A program made the translations under genes and the position numbers. A stretch of DNA of 53,435 bases from the IMG/VR virus record IMGVR_UViG_3300021495_000007, one strand, 5' to 3'. This DNA comes from a virus. Positions 17,497 to 25,930 of the stretch are shown piece by piece. The notes below the pieces were generated by a model. The model saw nothing but the letters and a program-made list of their open reading frames with translations. It was not told the origin of the DNA and made no database searches. Position 1 is the stretch's first letter. Each line of letters starts with the position of its first letter.

Positions 17497-18092
17497 TGAA
17501 AAAAGAATTAGAGGGTCTTTCCTTATATGAGAGACTAAGGCATCAAGAATTATCTGCAGGTATTATACACTTACGAGGCGAAATTGATGATGTAACGGTA
17601 GATGATTTTAATTTAGAAATTGCAGCATTACGAGATGCCGATAAATGGCTATCAAGAATTACTATTAGACTTACTTCGCCTGGCGGTAATGCATATTTAG
17701 CTTTTGGAGTATATGATATTTTGAGAGAATTATCGAATTCAGGCAGGGAAGTGCTTGTAATAGCAGAAGGATTAGCTGCAAGTGCTGCTGCTATGATTAT
17801 TCTTCAGGGAGCTGATAAGCGGTTGGCGTATCCTACAACTTCATTCTTACTCCATGAACCTCGTAGATGGACTATGTTTAGAGATGAATCTACTTCTCAA
17901 TTAGAAGATGAAGCTGCCGAACTCAACCGAATAACTAACAAGGTAATTGATATTCTCGCATCGCGATGTAATAAAACTGAAGAAGAAGTTCGTGAATTGA
18001 TACGAAGAAGAGAAGTATGGATGGATGCTAAAGAAGCAAAGGAATGGAGATTGATTGATGAAATTGTAGGCGAGAATGACAGAAAGTGTTAG
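17496..18092 (+). CDS. clpP: ClpP-like serine protease (S14)
   Basis: LTSPGG, GLAASAA (catalytic Ser), LLHEP (His) and EVWMDAKEA...LIDEI. Confidence 0.85.
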   Translation: MKKELEGLSLYERLRHQELSAGIIHLRGEIDDVTVDDFNLEIAALRDADKWLSRITIRLTSPGGNAYLAFGVYDILRELSNSGREVLVIAEGLAASAAAMIILQGADKRLAYPTTSFLLHEPRRWTMFRDESTSQLEDEAAELNRITNKVIDILASRCNKTEEEVRELIRRREVWMDAKEAKEWRLIDEIVGENDRKC

Positions 18093-18300
18093 GAGTTTAA
18101 TAGTTGAAAACATTTATAAGATAAAGAGTGAGAATCGAAAAATTGAAGAAATTGTGCTTGGCGAAGAAGCTTACCAGAAATTAGCAAAAGAGCTGGATTT
18201 GCCTCCTGACCATAAATTTCCAATACAAGTGTTTTTAGGTTATCCAGTTAAAGTTTTACCTTATTTTCCATCGGATTACATCGGTTTAAGATTTAAATAA
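18076..18300 (+). CDS. Small protein (74 aa)
   Basis: Overlaps clpP end; contains FLGYPVKV. Confidence 0.65.
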   Translation: MTESVRSLIVENIYKIKSENRKIEEIVLGEEAYQKLAKELDLPPDHKFPIQVFLGYPVKVLPYFPSDYIGLRFK

Positions 18301-18540
18301 ATGAAAAAAGAATACGAAAAACTTAGTGAAATAGAAATAGAAAAACTGAAGTTAATTCATAATATATGGGAAGAGGAATTTATTGAGGCTGATATTCCGT
18401 GTCCTGAGTTAATAATTGAAAGAAGTGCAGAAGAATTTGGTCATCGCATCATCTTAGCTTGCTATTTACCAGGCTCTTTAATTAGTGAATCAAAAGAAAC
18501 GAAAATAGAAAAAAAAAAGAAAATGTGCCGCTTTCTATAA
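18301..18540 (+). CDS. Hypothetical protein (79 aa)
   Basis: ATG directly after the previous stop. Confidence 0.55.
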   Translation: MKKEYEKLSEIEIEKLKLIHNIWEEEFIEADIPCPELIIERSAEEFGHRIILACYLPGSLISESKETKIEKKKKMCRFL

Positions 18541-18764
18541 CTGACTATATCAAAGACTATATGAAAAAGAGATTTCCAAGACTATTTTCTAACCTACGCA
18601 TTAATTACAGGGAAATACCTATCCATAAAACAGTTATTGTTAGGAAGATTGGTGTCCATCCATCATTCTTTGATATTAAGCATCCTCTTGGGAATTGCTA
18701 CGTTCTTAAATATCCACCCACAGAAATTAAGAAGGAAGAAAATGATGAGAGAAATAAAATTTAG
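18525..18764 (+). CDS. Hypothetical protein (79 aa)
   Basis: Co-oriented, GTG start; weaker support. Confidence 0.4.
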   Translation: MPLSITDYIKDYMKKRFPRLFSNLRINYREIPIHKTVIVRKIGVHPSFFDIKHPLGNCYVLKYPPTEIKKEENDERNKI

Positions 18765-19146
18765 AGGAAAAAGAATTGATAATGGAAAATGGATATACGG
18801 TAGTTTAATTATAGAAGAAGATACTATCGCTGATGCTTTAAAATATTTTATTAAACCGTTTAATTTTTTAACGGGAAAATTAGTAGTTCCTGAAACAGTC
18901 GGGCAGTATACCGATTCTAACGATAAGAATAAAAAAGAAATATATGAAGGTGATATAGTAAGATACAATGATAAACTGACCGGAGTAGTAGTATGGAAGT
19001 ACACGGGGTTCGTACTTGAACTACTTAATAGGAAAAAAAGTCCAATTTTATTATGGTACGATGTAGATACCAAGGATAATATAGAAATCATAGGAAACAT
19101 TCATGAAAATCCAGAATTGATAATACTTCTAAGTGATGATGCGTAA
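18742..19146 (+). CDS. YopX-family protein
   Basis: MREIKFRG...W.YG...TVGQYT...DKNKKEIYEGDIV...EIIGNIHENPEL; start at ATG 18742 or 18745. Confidence 0.9.
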   Translation: MMREIKFRGKRIDNGKWIYGSLIIEEDTIADALKYFIKPFNFLTGKLVVPETVGQYTDSNDKNKKEIYEGDIVRYNDKLTGVVVWKYTGFVLELLNRKKSPILLWYDVDTKDNIEIIGNIHENPELIILLSDDA

Positions 19147-19267
19147 ATCTTGTACCAGAGCTTCATATCCTTTATTCATTGCAATTTTTTTCGTTGGGTA
19201 ATAGTTTTATATACCCTGATAGATTTTATTGCGTCTATGGCTAAATATATGCGTCTCATGCAAATTT
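19145..19267. repeat. Dispersed quasi-palindromic element, copy E
   Basis: Core GGTAATAGTTTTATATACCC 19197-19216; arms AGAGCTTCATAT and TTGCGTCTATGG...GCGTCTCATGC. Confidence 0.85.
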
Positions 19268-19288
19268 AGAATATGGAGGTAGAATAGA

Positions 19289-19462
19289 ATGGCTGATATT
19301 ATAAAAGAGATTATAAACCTATTTGTATATCCTATAACACATGAGGTAGAAGCACATGGTAGATTATTAACAGATGAAGAAAAAGAAGAAATGCTACAGC
19401 GAGCTAAAAAGAGATACGAAAGAGAACTAATAAAAATATTTGAAAAGCATGATCGCTTATGA
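19289..19462 (+). CDS. Small protein (57 aa, below track cutoff)
   Basis: GGAGGT RBS after element E; ATGA overlap with the next gene. Confidence 0.65.
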   Translation: MADIIKEIINLFVYPITHEVEAHGRLLTDEEKEEMLQRAKKRYERELIKIFEKHDRL

Positions 19463-19725
19463 GTGAAGAGAATTTTGATTACTATTTAAAATTGATAAAA
19501 AATACGTTAACACAGCGAGGCACTCAGTACGATGATGCATTCTGTAAGACTTGGAATGAATGGGGATTAGATGCATCTCGTTTAGTACTAACGTTCAAAC
19601 TAAACCGCTTAAAGAATATAGAATATAACGAAAATAACCTTGGTGCTATTCGGGATACTTTAATAGACATTGCAGGTTATTGCATTCTTTCACTTATAGA
19701 AATAGATCGAGAGAAGGAGAATTAA
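19459..19725 (+). CDS. DUF1599-like all-alpha protein (NTP-pyrophosphatase-like fold)
   Basis: R-x2-QY...K-x2-RL...DTLIDIAGYCIL pattern. Confidence 0.65.
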   Translation: MSEENFDYYLKLIKNTLTQRGTQYDDAFCKTWNEWGLDASRLVLTFKLNRLKNIEYNENNLGAIRDTLIDIAGYCILSLIEIDREKEN

Positions 19726-19758
19726 TTTATTGATAGATGGAGTTCAATCATAACACTG

Positions 19759-20100
19759 ATGAAAGCACGAGTTGATATTGAAATTTATGAAAGATGGATA
19801 GCGATATTCTATTCATTTCATGGAATAAGGGGCTACTACAGAAAGAGATCTATATGCGAAAAATCAAAGGACGCTCTTTATGACCAAATACGGCGCTGCT
19901 TTAGAGATCTTACTGATATGTATCTCGAAGAGATTATCTGGGAAAAGCGGGCAAAATTCGAAGTTAAAAATAAAAAATATGATTTATTGATAGAAGATGA
20001 GAAATATGATCGCTTACATTCAGCTGATTCTATATTCAAAGAAGATGATGAAAGGATAGAGAAACTGCGGAGACGTAATCTCAGCATATTTTATATGTAA
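19759..20100 (+). CDS. Hypothetical protein (113 aa)
   Basis: ATG ORF with GGAG upstream. Confidence 0.65.
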   Translation: MKARVDIEIYERWIAIFYSFHGIRGYYRKRSICEKSKDALYDQIRRCFRDLTDMYLEEIIWEKRAKFEVKNKKYDLLIEDEKYDRLHSADSIFKEDDERIEKLRRRNLSIFYM

Positions 20101-20111
20101 TTATCCTATCT

Positions 20112-21794
20112 ATGTTAAAAATGAATATTGAAGATTTTTTGAATGGAGAAAGTATTGTAGATATAAATGCTAATTATTATCCTGATATAGCTAATATTCG
20201 AAAGCAGTTAGCATCTGGTATTGAACTGGCTTTTAATAAGCAGTTGATCACTGATTGGTTCAATAGAGGTAAAGAAATTCTTGAACTTCATGGAAATGAA
20301 TTATACATTCATGATTTTTCAAAACTACTGTTATTGCCATATTGTTATTCAATTGCAACCGAACCTATAATGAGTGAAGGACTACTATATTATCCACATT
20401 TCAAGAGTAAGCCACCAAAGAGATTGGATTCATTTATAGCACAACTTATAGAATTTACATCTTATGTTGCAAATCGCACACGAGGAGCAATAGGGATTCC
20501 TGATCTCATTTTGGCTCTAACTTATTATGTAAAGAAACAAAAGCTTAGTCTAACAGAGTACCAATTCAAAAATGAATTACAGAGATTATTTTACTCATTC
20601 AATCAGCATTTAAGACAAGGCGCAGAATCGCTTTATACTAATATTTCATTTTTTGATAGGTATTATTTAGAACATCTATTTGGTAATAACATTTGGGGCT
20701 TAGATGTAGATGATTTATTAACTGTTCAGAAGTCAGTAATGAAATGGCATACTAATGAAATAAAGATTCAAATGCTACGATTTCCTGTAATTACAGCTGC
20801 ACTCAAAATAAAAGGAATAAATATCCAAGATGAAGATTTCTTAGAATTTGCACTTGAACAAAATATCCAGCATACTATGTATAATTTCCTTGCTTTACCA
20901 CATCTTGATGCCATTGCTTCATGTTGTAGACTTACGTCGAATACAAAGCCATTCTATAATTCTTATGGGAGTGGGGGAGTGCAAATAGGTAGTCATCAAG
21001 TTGTGAGTCTTAATTTACCAGGAATATTCATTAGACATCATGATAATTTTATAGAACGTATAATAGAGAATCTAAGATTAGCAAAAGATTTTCTTGACTG
21101 GCATAGAAAACTCCTAAAAGAACACCAACATCTTGATGCTACTTTTGAACTGGGACTTCGTTCACTTCAGAGGATGTATTCTACCATAGGGATAATAGGG
21201 GTATGGGATTTAAAAGAAATAGCAGGATATTCATGGGATGAACTCGAAGAGGTACTCAAAGTAATTCGAACTGAAATAGATTCATGGGAAGGATTTTATA
21301 ATTGTGAGTTAGTACCTGCAGAATCAGCAGCAGTTACTCTTTATGAAGCGGACATGAAATATGCACAGAAAACTAATTCACCTTATGCTAATTATTATGA
21401 ATCAGGAAAGATGTATACTAATCAAATCGTATCACCATGGCAAAAGATGACTATCGGAAAACGAGTGAGAACAACTGGGAGATTCTCAAAATATTTTGAT
21501 GGTGGTCAAATGATGTTTATCAATATTCCAAGTCCATTTCAGAATACTCATCAGATGGGTAAAGTAGTAAAAGGTGTGATAAAATACGGAGTGCCATACT
21601 TTGCATTCGATACATTCCTAACGAGATGCAAATCGCATAATCATATAACCTTAGGAGATGCTGCCCTTTGTCCAATATGCGGCGATAAAGAAGTATACAA
21701 ATTTAGAAGAATAGTAGGATATTTTGTAGAACTTTCAAATATGCATGAAAGAAGAACAAGGGATATACCATACAGAGAAGTGGATGAAAGATGA
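20112..21794 (+). CDS. nrdD: Anaerobic (class III) ribonucleoside-triphosphate reductase, no ATP cone
   Basis: YIHD, PYC, KPPK, SCCRL, VVSLNLP, TIGIIG, PAES, GG, C-terminal Cys cluster with CPICG and glycyl-radical RIVGYF. Confidence 0.92.
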   Translation: MLKMNIEDFLNGESIVDINANYYPDIANIRKQLASGIELAFNKQLITDWFNRGKEILELHGNELYIHDFSKLLLLPYCYSIATEPIMSEGLLYYPHFKSKPPKRLDSFIAQLIEFTSYVANRTRGAIGIPDLILALTYYVKKQKLSLTEYQFKNELQRLFYSFNQHLRQGAESLYTNISFFDRYYLEHLFGNNIWGLDVDDLLTVQKSVMKWHTNEIKIQMLRFPVITAALKIKGINIQDEDFLEFALEQNIQHTMYNFLALPHLDAIASCCRLTSNTKPFYNSYGSGGVQIGSHQVVSLNLPGIFIRHHDNFIERIIENLRLAKDFLDWHRKLLKEHQHLDATFELGLRSLQRMYSTIGIIGVWDLKEIAGYSWDELEEVLKVIRTEIDSWEGFYNCELVPAESAAVTLYEADMKYAQKTNSPYANYYESGKMYTNQIVSPWQKMTIGKRVRTTGRFSKYFDGGQMMFINIPSPFQNTHQMGKVVKGVIKYGVPYFAFDTFLTRCKSHNHITLGDAALCPICGDKEVYKFRRIVGYFVELSNMHERRTRDIPYREVDER

Positions 21795-21943
21795 TCGTAC
21801 AATGTAAAGATTGTGGAAAAGTCTTTGGTGTAGTAATAAAAGAACAAGAAGATGGAGTCAAGTTAAAGAAAATAAAATACCTAAAAATGAAGTGTCCTTA
21901 TTGTGGTGGTAGAATAGAATGGGGAAGAAGAGAAAATGACTAA
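21791..21943 (+). CDS. Zn-ribbon microprotein (50 aa)
   Basis: CKDC...CPYC; ATGA overlap with nrdD. Confidence 0.6.
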   Translation: MIVQCKDCGKVFGVVIKEQEDGVKLKKIKYLKMKCPYCGGRIEWGRREND

Positions 21944-22076
21944 AAGAATTGGTAGTTGGATAGATAAATGGTGGGATACTATCATGTTGGGAGCAATGCT
22001 AATAATCTTATTTTATGCGCTTCTTGTTCTCACAGCATTTGTAATGACTTTTATTGGAAAATGTCTTGGATACTAA
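21936..22076 (+). CDS. Single-TM microprotein (46 aa)
   Basis: MTKRIGSW...MLGAMLIILFYALLVLTAFVM hydrophobic run. Confidence 0.5.
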   Translation: MTKRIGSWIDKWWDTIMLGAMLIILFYALLVLTAFVMTFIGKCLGY

Positions 22077-22935
22077 TGTTGAAATGATAATAGAAGAAGT
22101 AATAAAATATCCAAAATTAGGATATATAAGAGAGTCTCCTTATGATGGTAGAGAATTACTTGGTAAGTTAATCTTTTTTGAAGAAAAGCGTGATGGATCC
22201 AATATACGTTGTTTCATAGACGAGAACGATAACCTCCAGTTTGGAAGTAGAAATAAAATACCAGCAAGTGATGATTTGTTAAAATCAATTAAAAATACAG
22301 GATATGATGCTATTCTAAGAACAGCTCTTTATACAGAAAAATATCGATGGAATCATGATATAATAGTATTCTTTGAATTACTACAAAAGGGTAAAAGTCC
22401 TTCTCGTATAGAGTATCATGAAAAAGATGATATTGCAGTCTTCGATATTTATGATATAAATGATGGCTGGTGGAATTACACAAGAGTCTATCAGTTCTGT
22501 TATCAATGGAAACTACCAGTTGTTAAGCTATGGGCTGTCTCTTCACATTCTACAATTGAGAAATTAGAAAAACAAATAGAAAAAATGCTCGACCGTGCAA
22601 AGAAAGAGAATCGAGAAGGTGTAGTCTTCAAGTCTTATGATGGTGATAAAGCTTACTTCTTTAAAGATCGGTTAGATGTGCCACATGAAAAGGATGTCGA
22701 AATTAATATAGACAAAGATATTCCCAAATATCCAGAACTACCAGAAGCAGAAGTTATGAATGAGATACAGAAGGTCTTAGACGAGATAGGATATGAACAA
22801 TTTAGAGATAAGAAAATTGCCATGCCATTGATTGCTCAATATGTAGCAGCAGAAGCAAAAGCAAGAATGTGTTCTGTACCTAAAGGATTGTATTCGTATT
22901 ATTTAGAAAAGATAGGGGAGATTGAAGATGCTTAG
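22054..22935 (+). CDS. ATP-dependent polynucleotide ligase, probably RNA ligase
   Basis: Motif I EKRDG (KxDG), III FFE, IIIa VFDI, IV EGVVFK, V FKD; no OB domain. Start may be ATG 22084. Confidence 0.8.
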   Translation: MENVLDTNVEMIIEEVIKYPKLGYIRESPYDGRELLGKLIFFEEKRDGSNIRCFIDENDNLQFGSRNKIPASDDLLKSIKNTGYDAILRTALYTEKYRWNHDIIVFFELLQKGKSPSRIEYHEKDDIAVFDIYDINDGWWNYTRVYQFCYQWKLPVVKLWAVSSHSTIEKLEKQIEKMLDRAKKENREGVVFKSYDGDKAYFFKDRLDVPHEKDVEINIDKDIPKYPELPEAEVMNEIQKVLDEIGYEQFRDKKIAMPLIAQYVAAEAKARMCSVPKGLYSYYLEKIGEIEDA

Positions 22936-23131
22936 CAAGGTGACACTGAAAATATATAAATTAATGTCTCTCATGGCTACTAAATATTTGGAATCATACT
23001 TAATTGCTCTTAAAAGAAGAAGGAGTTACTTAGAAGGAGAAATTCAACATATAGAAAGTGAAATAGAAGACCTTGATTGGAATGTAATACGCATAAACAA
23101 CTTTAAACCTATACGAGATAGGAAAAAATGA
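22922..23131 (+). CDS. Small coiled-coil protein
   Basis: GGGGAG RBS with overlap. Confidence 0.55.
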   Translation: MKMLSKVTLKIYKLMSLMATKYLESYLIALKRRRSYLEGEIQHIESEIEDLDWNVIRINNFKPIRDRKK

Positions 23132-23439
23132 AGATAAATAGAGAGGATATATCTTGGCAAGAAGAACGACCTGATTGTGAATTTCTATGGGAGATTGGGA
23201 AGAAGTATCCCGTTGCTGTCCAATGTGTGATTTATGAAACCAATTTCTTAGGTGAACGAAGACTTAAAGAAACTAAAACATTTAAATTAGTGGAGGTTGA
23301 GTAGCCAAGAATGAAAAATTTATGGGAAATGATTAGAGATTATGATTCTTTGATTTACTATGGTATAGGATTGATAATTGGTTACATGCTTCATTATTTC
23401 TTCTAATATAATTATCTAAAAAAAAAGTTAGGAGGTGGT

Positions 23440-23781
23440 ATGAATGGAAGAGGTGTGACAATTAGGACTTCTTATTTTGGTCTTTTCTATACTGTTTTGT
23501 TTAGTGTGCTGGGCTATTTCGTCTATGGTGGTATCGAGGGGCTGATGGCAATGTTAGCTTTATGTCTTTTCTATGATTTGGCATTGTGTTTGAGTATAAT
23601 TCCGTTTGGCGGAAGTATCATTCAAGCAGTCGTAATGAACTTGATTTCACATAAGCTTTTTACCATACTGAATATATATCTAACCTGGCTAACAACTTGT
23701 ATATTTTGGTGATATCTGGTTTGTGGCATAGTCATAACAATATTAGTAACTGCTATCGTAATAGCTAATTTAGATAAGTAA
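23440..23781 (+). CDS. Multi-pass membrane protein with in-frame TGA at 23710-23712
   Basis: GGAGGTG RBS. The hydrophobic frame continues 22 codons past the TGA (YLVCGIVITILVTAIVIANLDK) to TAA 23779-23781. Confidence 0.6.
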
Positions 23782-23790
23782 GAAAATCTA

Positions 23791-24351
23791 ATGTTATCAG
23801 ATAGTGAAATTTTAGAAGAATTAGAAAAAGGAAATATAATTATAAAACCCTTTAGGAAAGAACAACTAAATCCCAATAGCTACGATGTTCGATTAGGAGA
23901 ATATTATGCAGTAGAAAATGTACTTGATCATTACATAATGCCATTTGATAAAAACAGCATAAAAAATCATTGGAGAATTAAAAAAGCAGATAAAGAAATC
24001 GAAATACATCCGGGAGAAACTATCCTAGCTCATACTCAAGAAATAATAGGAGGTCGGCATAACATTACTACTAAGATGCATGCCAGAAGTTCGTTTGCAA
24101 GATTAGGAATTTCGGTTTGTAAGTGTGGTGGATTCGGTGATGTGGGATTTATAAATAAATGGACTATGGCTATAACCAATCATTCACAGCACACCCGAAT
24201 AGTCCTTCCTGTAGGTGTGAGGATAGCACAAATAGCATTCTTTAGAACTGGTAAGGTCTTAAATGAATATAGAGGAAAGTATGGTCAAATAGAATGGACA
24301 CCAGAAGATATGATACCAAAATTATGGAAGGATAAAGACATAATAAAATGA
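23791..24351 (+). CDS. dcd: dCTP deaminase/dUTPase-fold protein (catalytic Glu replaced by Ala)
   Basis: LSD, QLNPNSYDVRLG, RSSFARLG, GDVGF-x4-TMAITN, RIAQ, YRGKY. Confidence 0.88.
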   Translation: MLSDSEILEELEKGNIIIKPFRKEQLNPNSYDVRLGEYYAVENVLDHYIMPFDKNSIKNHWRIKKADKEIEIHPGETILAHTQEIIGGRHNITTKMHARSSFARLGISVCKCGGFGDVGFINKWTMAITNHSQHTRIVLPVGVRIAQIAFFRTGKVLNEYRGKYGQIEWTPEDMIPKLWKDKDIIK

Positions 24352-24473
24352 CTATTATCTGTCCCTTTTGTGGTGAGAGCTTCGATGTAGCACTAAGAGT
24401 CAAAAATGAATATACAGGAATTACGATTGTAGTATGCCCATTTTGTAATAAATATTTTGAGGAGAAGAAATGA
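24348..24473 (+). CDS. Zn-ribbon microprotein (41 aa)
   Basis: CPFC...CPFC; ATGA overlaps on both sides. Confidence 0.6.
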   Translation: MTIICPFCGESFDVALRVKNEYTGITIVVCPFCNKYFEEKK

Positions 24474-24625
24474 GAACAATCTGTCCTTATTGTAATCAGA
24501 ATGTGGACTTAGAGTCATACCCTATGAGAGAAGTTACTGCTGTAGCGGATGATACTGAAAATATAGTAAGAATTAATTGTCCTTTCTGTGGAAAATGGTT
24601 TGCATATATTATATATGGAGAGTAG
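24470..24625 (+). CDS. Zn-ribbon microprotein (51 aa)
   Basis: CPYC...CPFC; tandem to the previous ORF. Confidence 0.6.
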   Translation: MRTICPYCNQNVDLESYPMREVTAVADDTENIVRINCPFCGKWFAYIIYGE

Positions 24626-24628
24626 GAG

Positions 24629-24994
24629 GTGTGTATTATGCCCAGACCAAAAGAAGAAGTAATGGATTATGCAGATGATGAATTCCTTACTTACTTAGAA
24701 GATCATTTGAACTATATACAAGCTTATACGTATAGACTACAAATGATGATGACAGTATATAGAGAAGTCAAGGAAGAATATGGGGAAGGATTAGGTTGGA
24801 TACCTTCAAAAGAGATTATAGATAGCGTCAATAATCTAAAGAAAAATCTTGATGCATTTTTCTTCGCAATTCTTGCAGATCAACGTTCGTTGATATCGTC
24901 ACTGATGATGTGGCGTAAATCAAAAGCTGCTAAGAAAAAGAAGAGTAAAAAGAACGAGAAGAAAAAACAAGAAGTGGATCCTTCTATAATGTAG
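24629..24994 (+). CDS. Hypothetical protein with Lys-rich tail
   Basis: GGAGGTG RBS; start probably ATG 24638. Confidence 0.7.
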   Translation: MCIMPRPKEEVMDYADDEFLTYLEDHLNYIQAYTYRLQMMMTVYREVKEEYGEGLGWIPSKEIIDSVNNLKKNLDAFFFAILADQRSLISSLMMWRKSKAAKKKKSKKNEKKKQEVDPSIM

Positions 24995-25029
24995 GTATAC
25001 AACTCCGATAAAAATATGTTGTTTTTATT

Positions 25030-25299
25030 TTGCCGAATAAGGAATTATCCATGTCTCGTTATAAATTGAAGGTATATTCTTGTAAGAAATGTTATTTAGA
25101 ATTTTATTATGAAAATCATATTACATACTGTCCTTTCTGTGGAAATAAACTAGAATACATTGGACAAGTCAGAGAAGATGAAATTGGAGAACCAGTTTAT
25201 TTATTAAAATATTCTACTGGAGAAAAAATGCAAAGAAAGATAGAGGAAGAAGAAGCGATTAAAGAAGCAGAAGAATCTTGGTATTTATGGGAAGATTGA
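25030..25299 (+). CDS. Zn-ribbon protein
   Basis: CKKC...CPFC; start may be ATG 25051. Confidence 0.65.
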   Translation: MPNKELSMSRYKLKVYSCKKCYLEFYYENHITYCPFCGNKLEYIGQVREDEIGEPVYLLKYSTGEKMQRKIEEEEAIKEAEESWYLWED

Positions 25300-25305
25300 T
25301 TAAAA

Positions 25306-25914
25306 ATGTATTGGAAAGTTCCAAATTATTTTAAAAAGTATGTAAGAATACAAGATATGTTAAGAAATATATTTAGACCTTGTGATTGTGGAAAAGAATT
25401 AAAGAAGTGCATTAAAGATAAAGAATACTTTGCGAAAAGAGCAGAAATACTATCAAGAGCTTTAGCAAAATCCATAAACCTTCCTGAACCACCAGATCCA
25501 TCAAAGGAGATGGAAGAAGTCAATCCATGGAAAATTATAGCCAAATATGGTAAATATGATATACTAACCGCTGATAAATACTATTATACACTACCATTAA
25601 ATTCATGGATAAAAATATTGAGTCCTATTCAGACACAAGTAGAAAAGATATTACCGAAATGGCGAGAAGATGTTGCTGATTGTGATGATTACGCATTACT
25701 TATGGCATCATTCGTAGCTGCTGTATTCGCAAAACCGTATTATGATAAGCAAGTAGCATTTGCTATCACTTGGTCTCATTCACATGCTTATAATTCATTT
25801 ATAACTACTGAAGGCACGTGGGAAATTTATGAACCTCAATCTAATGCTATAGTTGGACGGTTAGGTAAAACCACAGGAATCTATAAAACAGAAAAGATAT
25901 GGTTTATGGGTTAG
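25306..25914 (+). CDS. Papain/transglutaminase-like Cys-His-Glu protein
   Basis: DCDDYA, HAYN and YEPQS motifs. Confidence 0.65.
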   Translation: MYWKVPNYFKKYVRIQDMLRNIFRPCDCGKELKKCIKDKEYFAKRAEILSRALAKSINLPEPPDPSKEMEEVNPWKIIAKYGKYDILTADKYYYTLPLNSWIKILSPIQTQVEKILPKWREDVADCDDYALLMASFVAAVFAKPYYDKQVAFAITWSHSHAYNSFITTEGTWEIYEPQSNAIVGRLGKTTGIYKTEKIWFMG

Positions 25915-25930
25915 TAAATTGGATTTGTAA

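Noticed and set aside
18637-18741. Extended N-terminus of the YopX ORF
   Set aside because: The family signature MREIKFRG begins at 18742/18745; the upstream part overlaps another ORF.
23710-23712. Genome-wide TGA recoding or selenocysteine
   Set aside because: Many neighbouring genes end cleanly in TGA with ATGA overlaps; no TCA-anticodon tRNA or other broken genes were seen.
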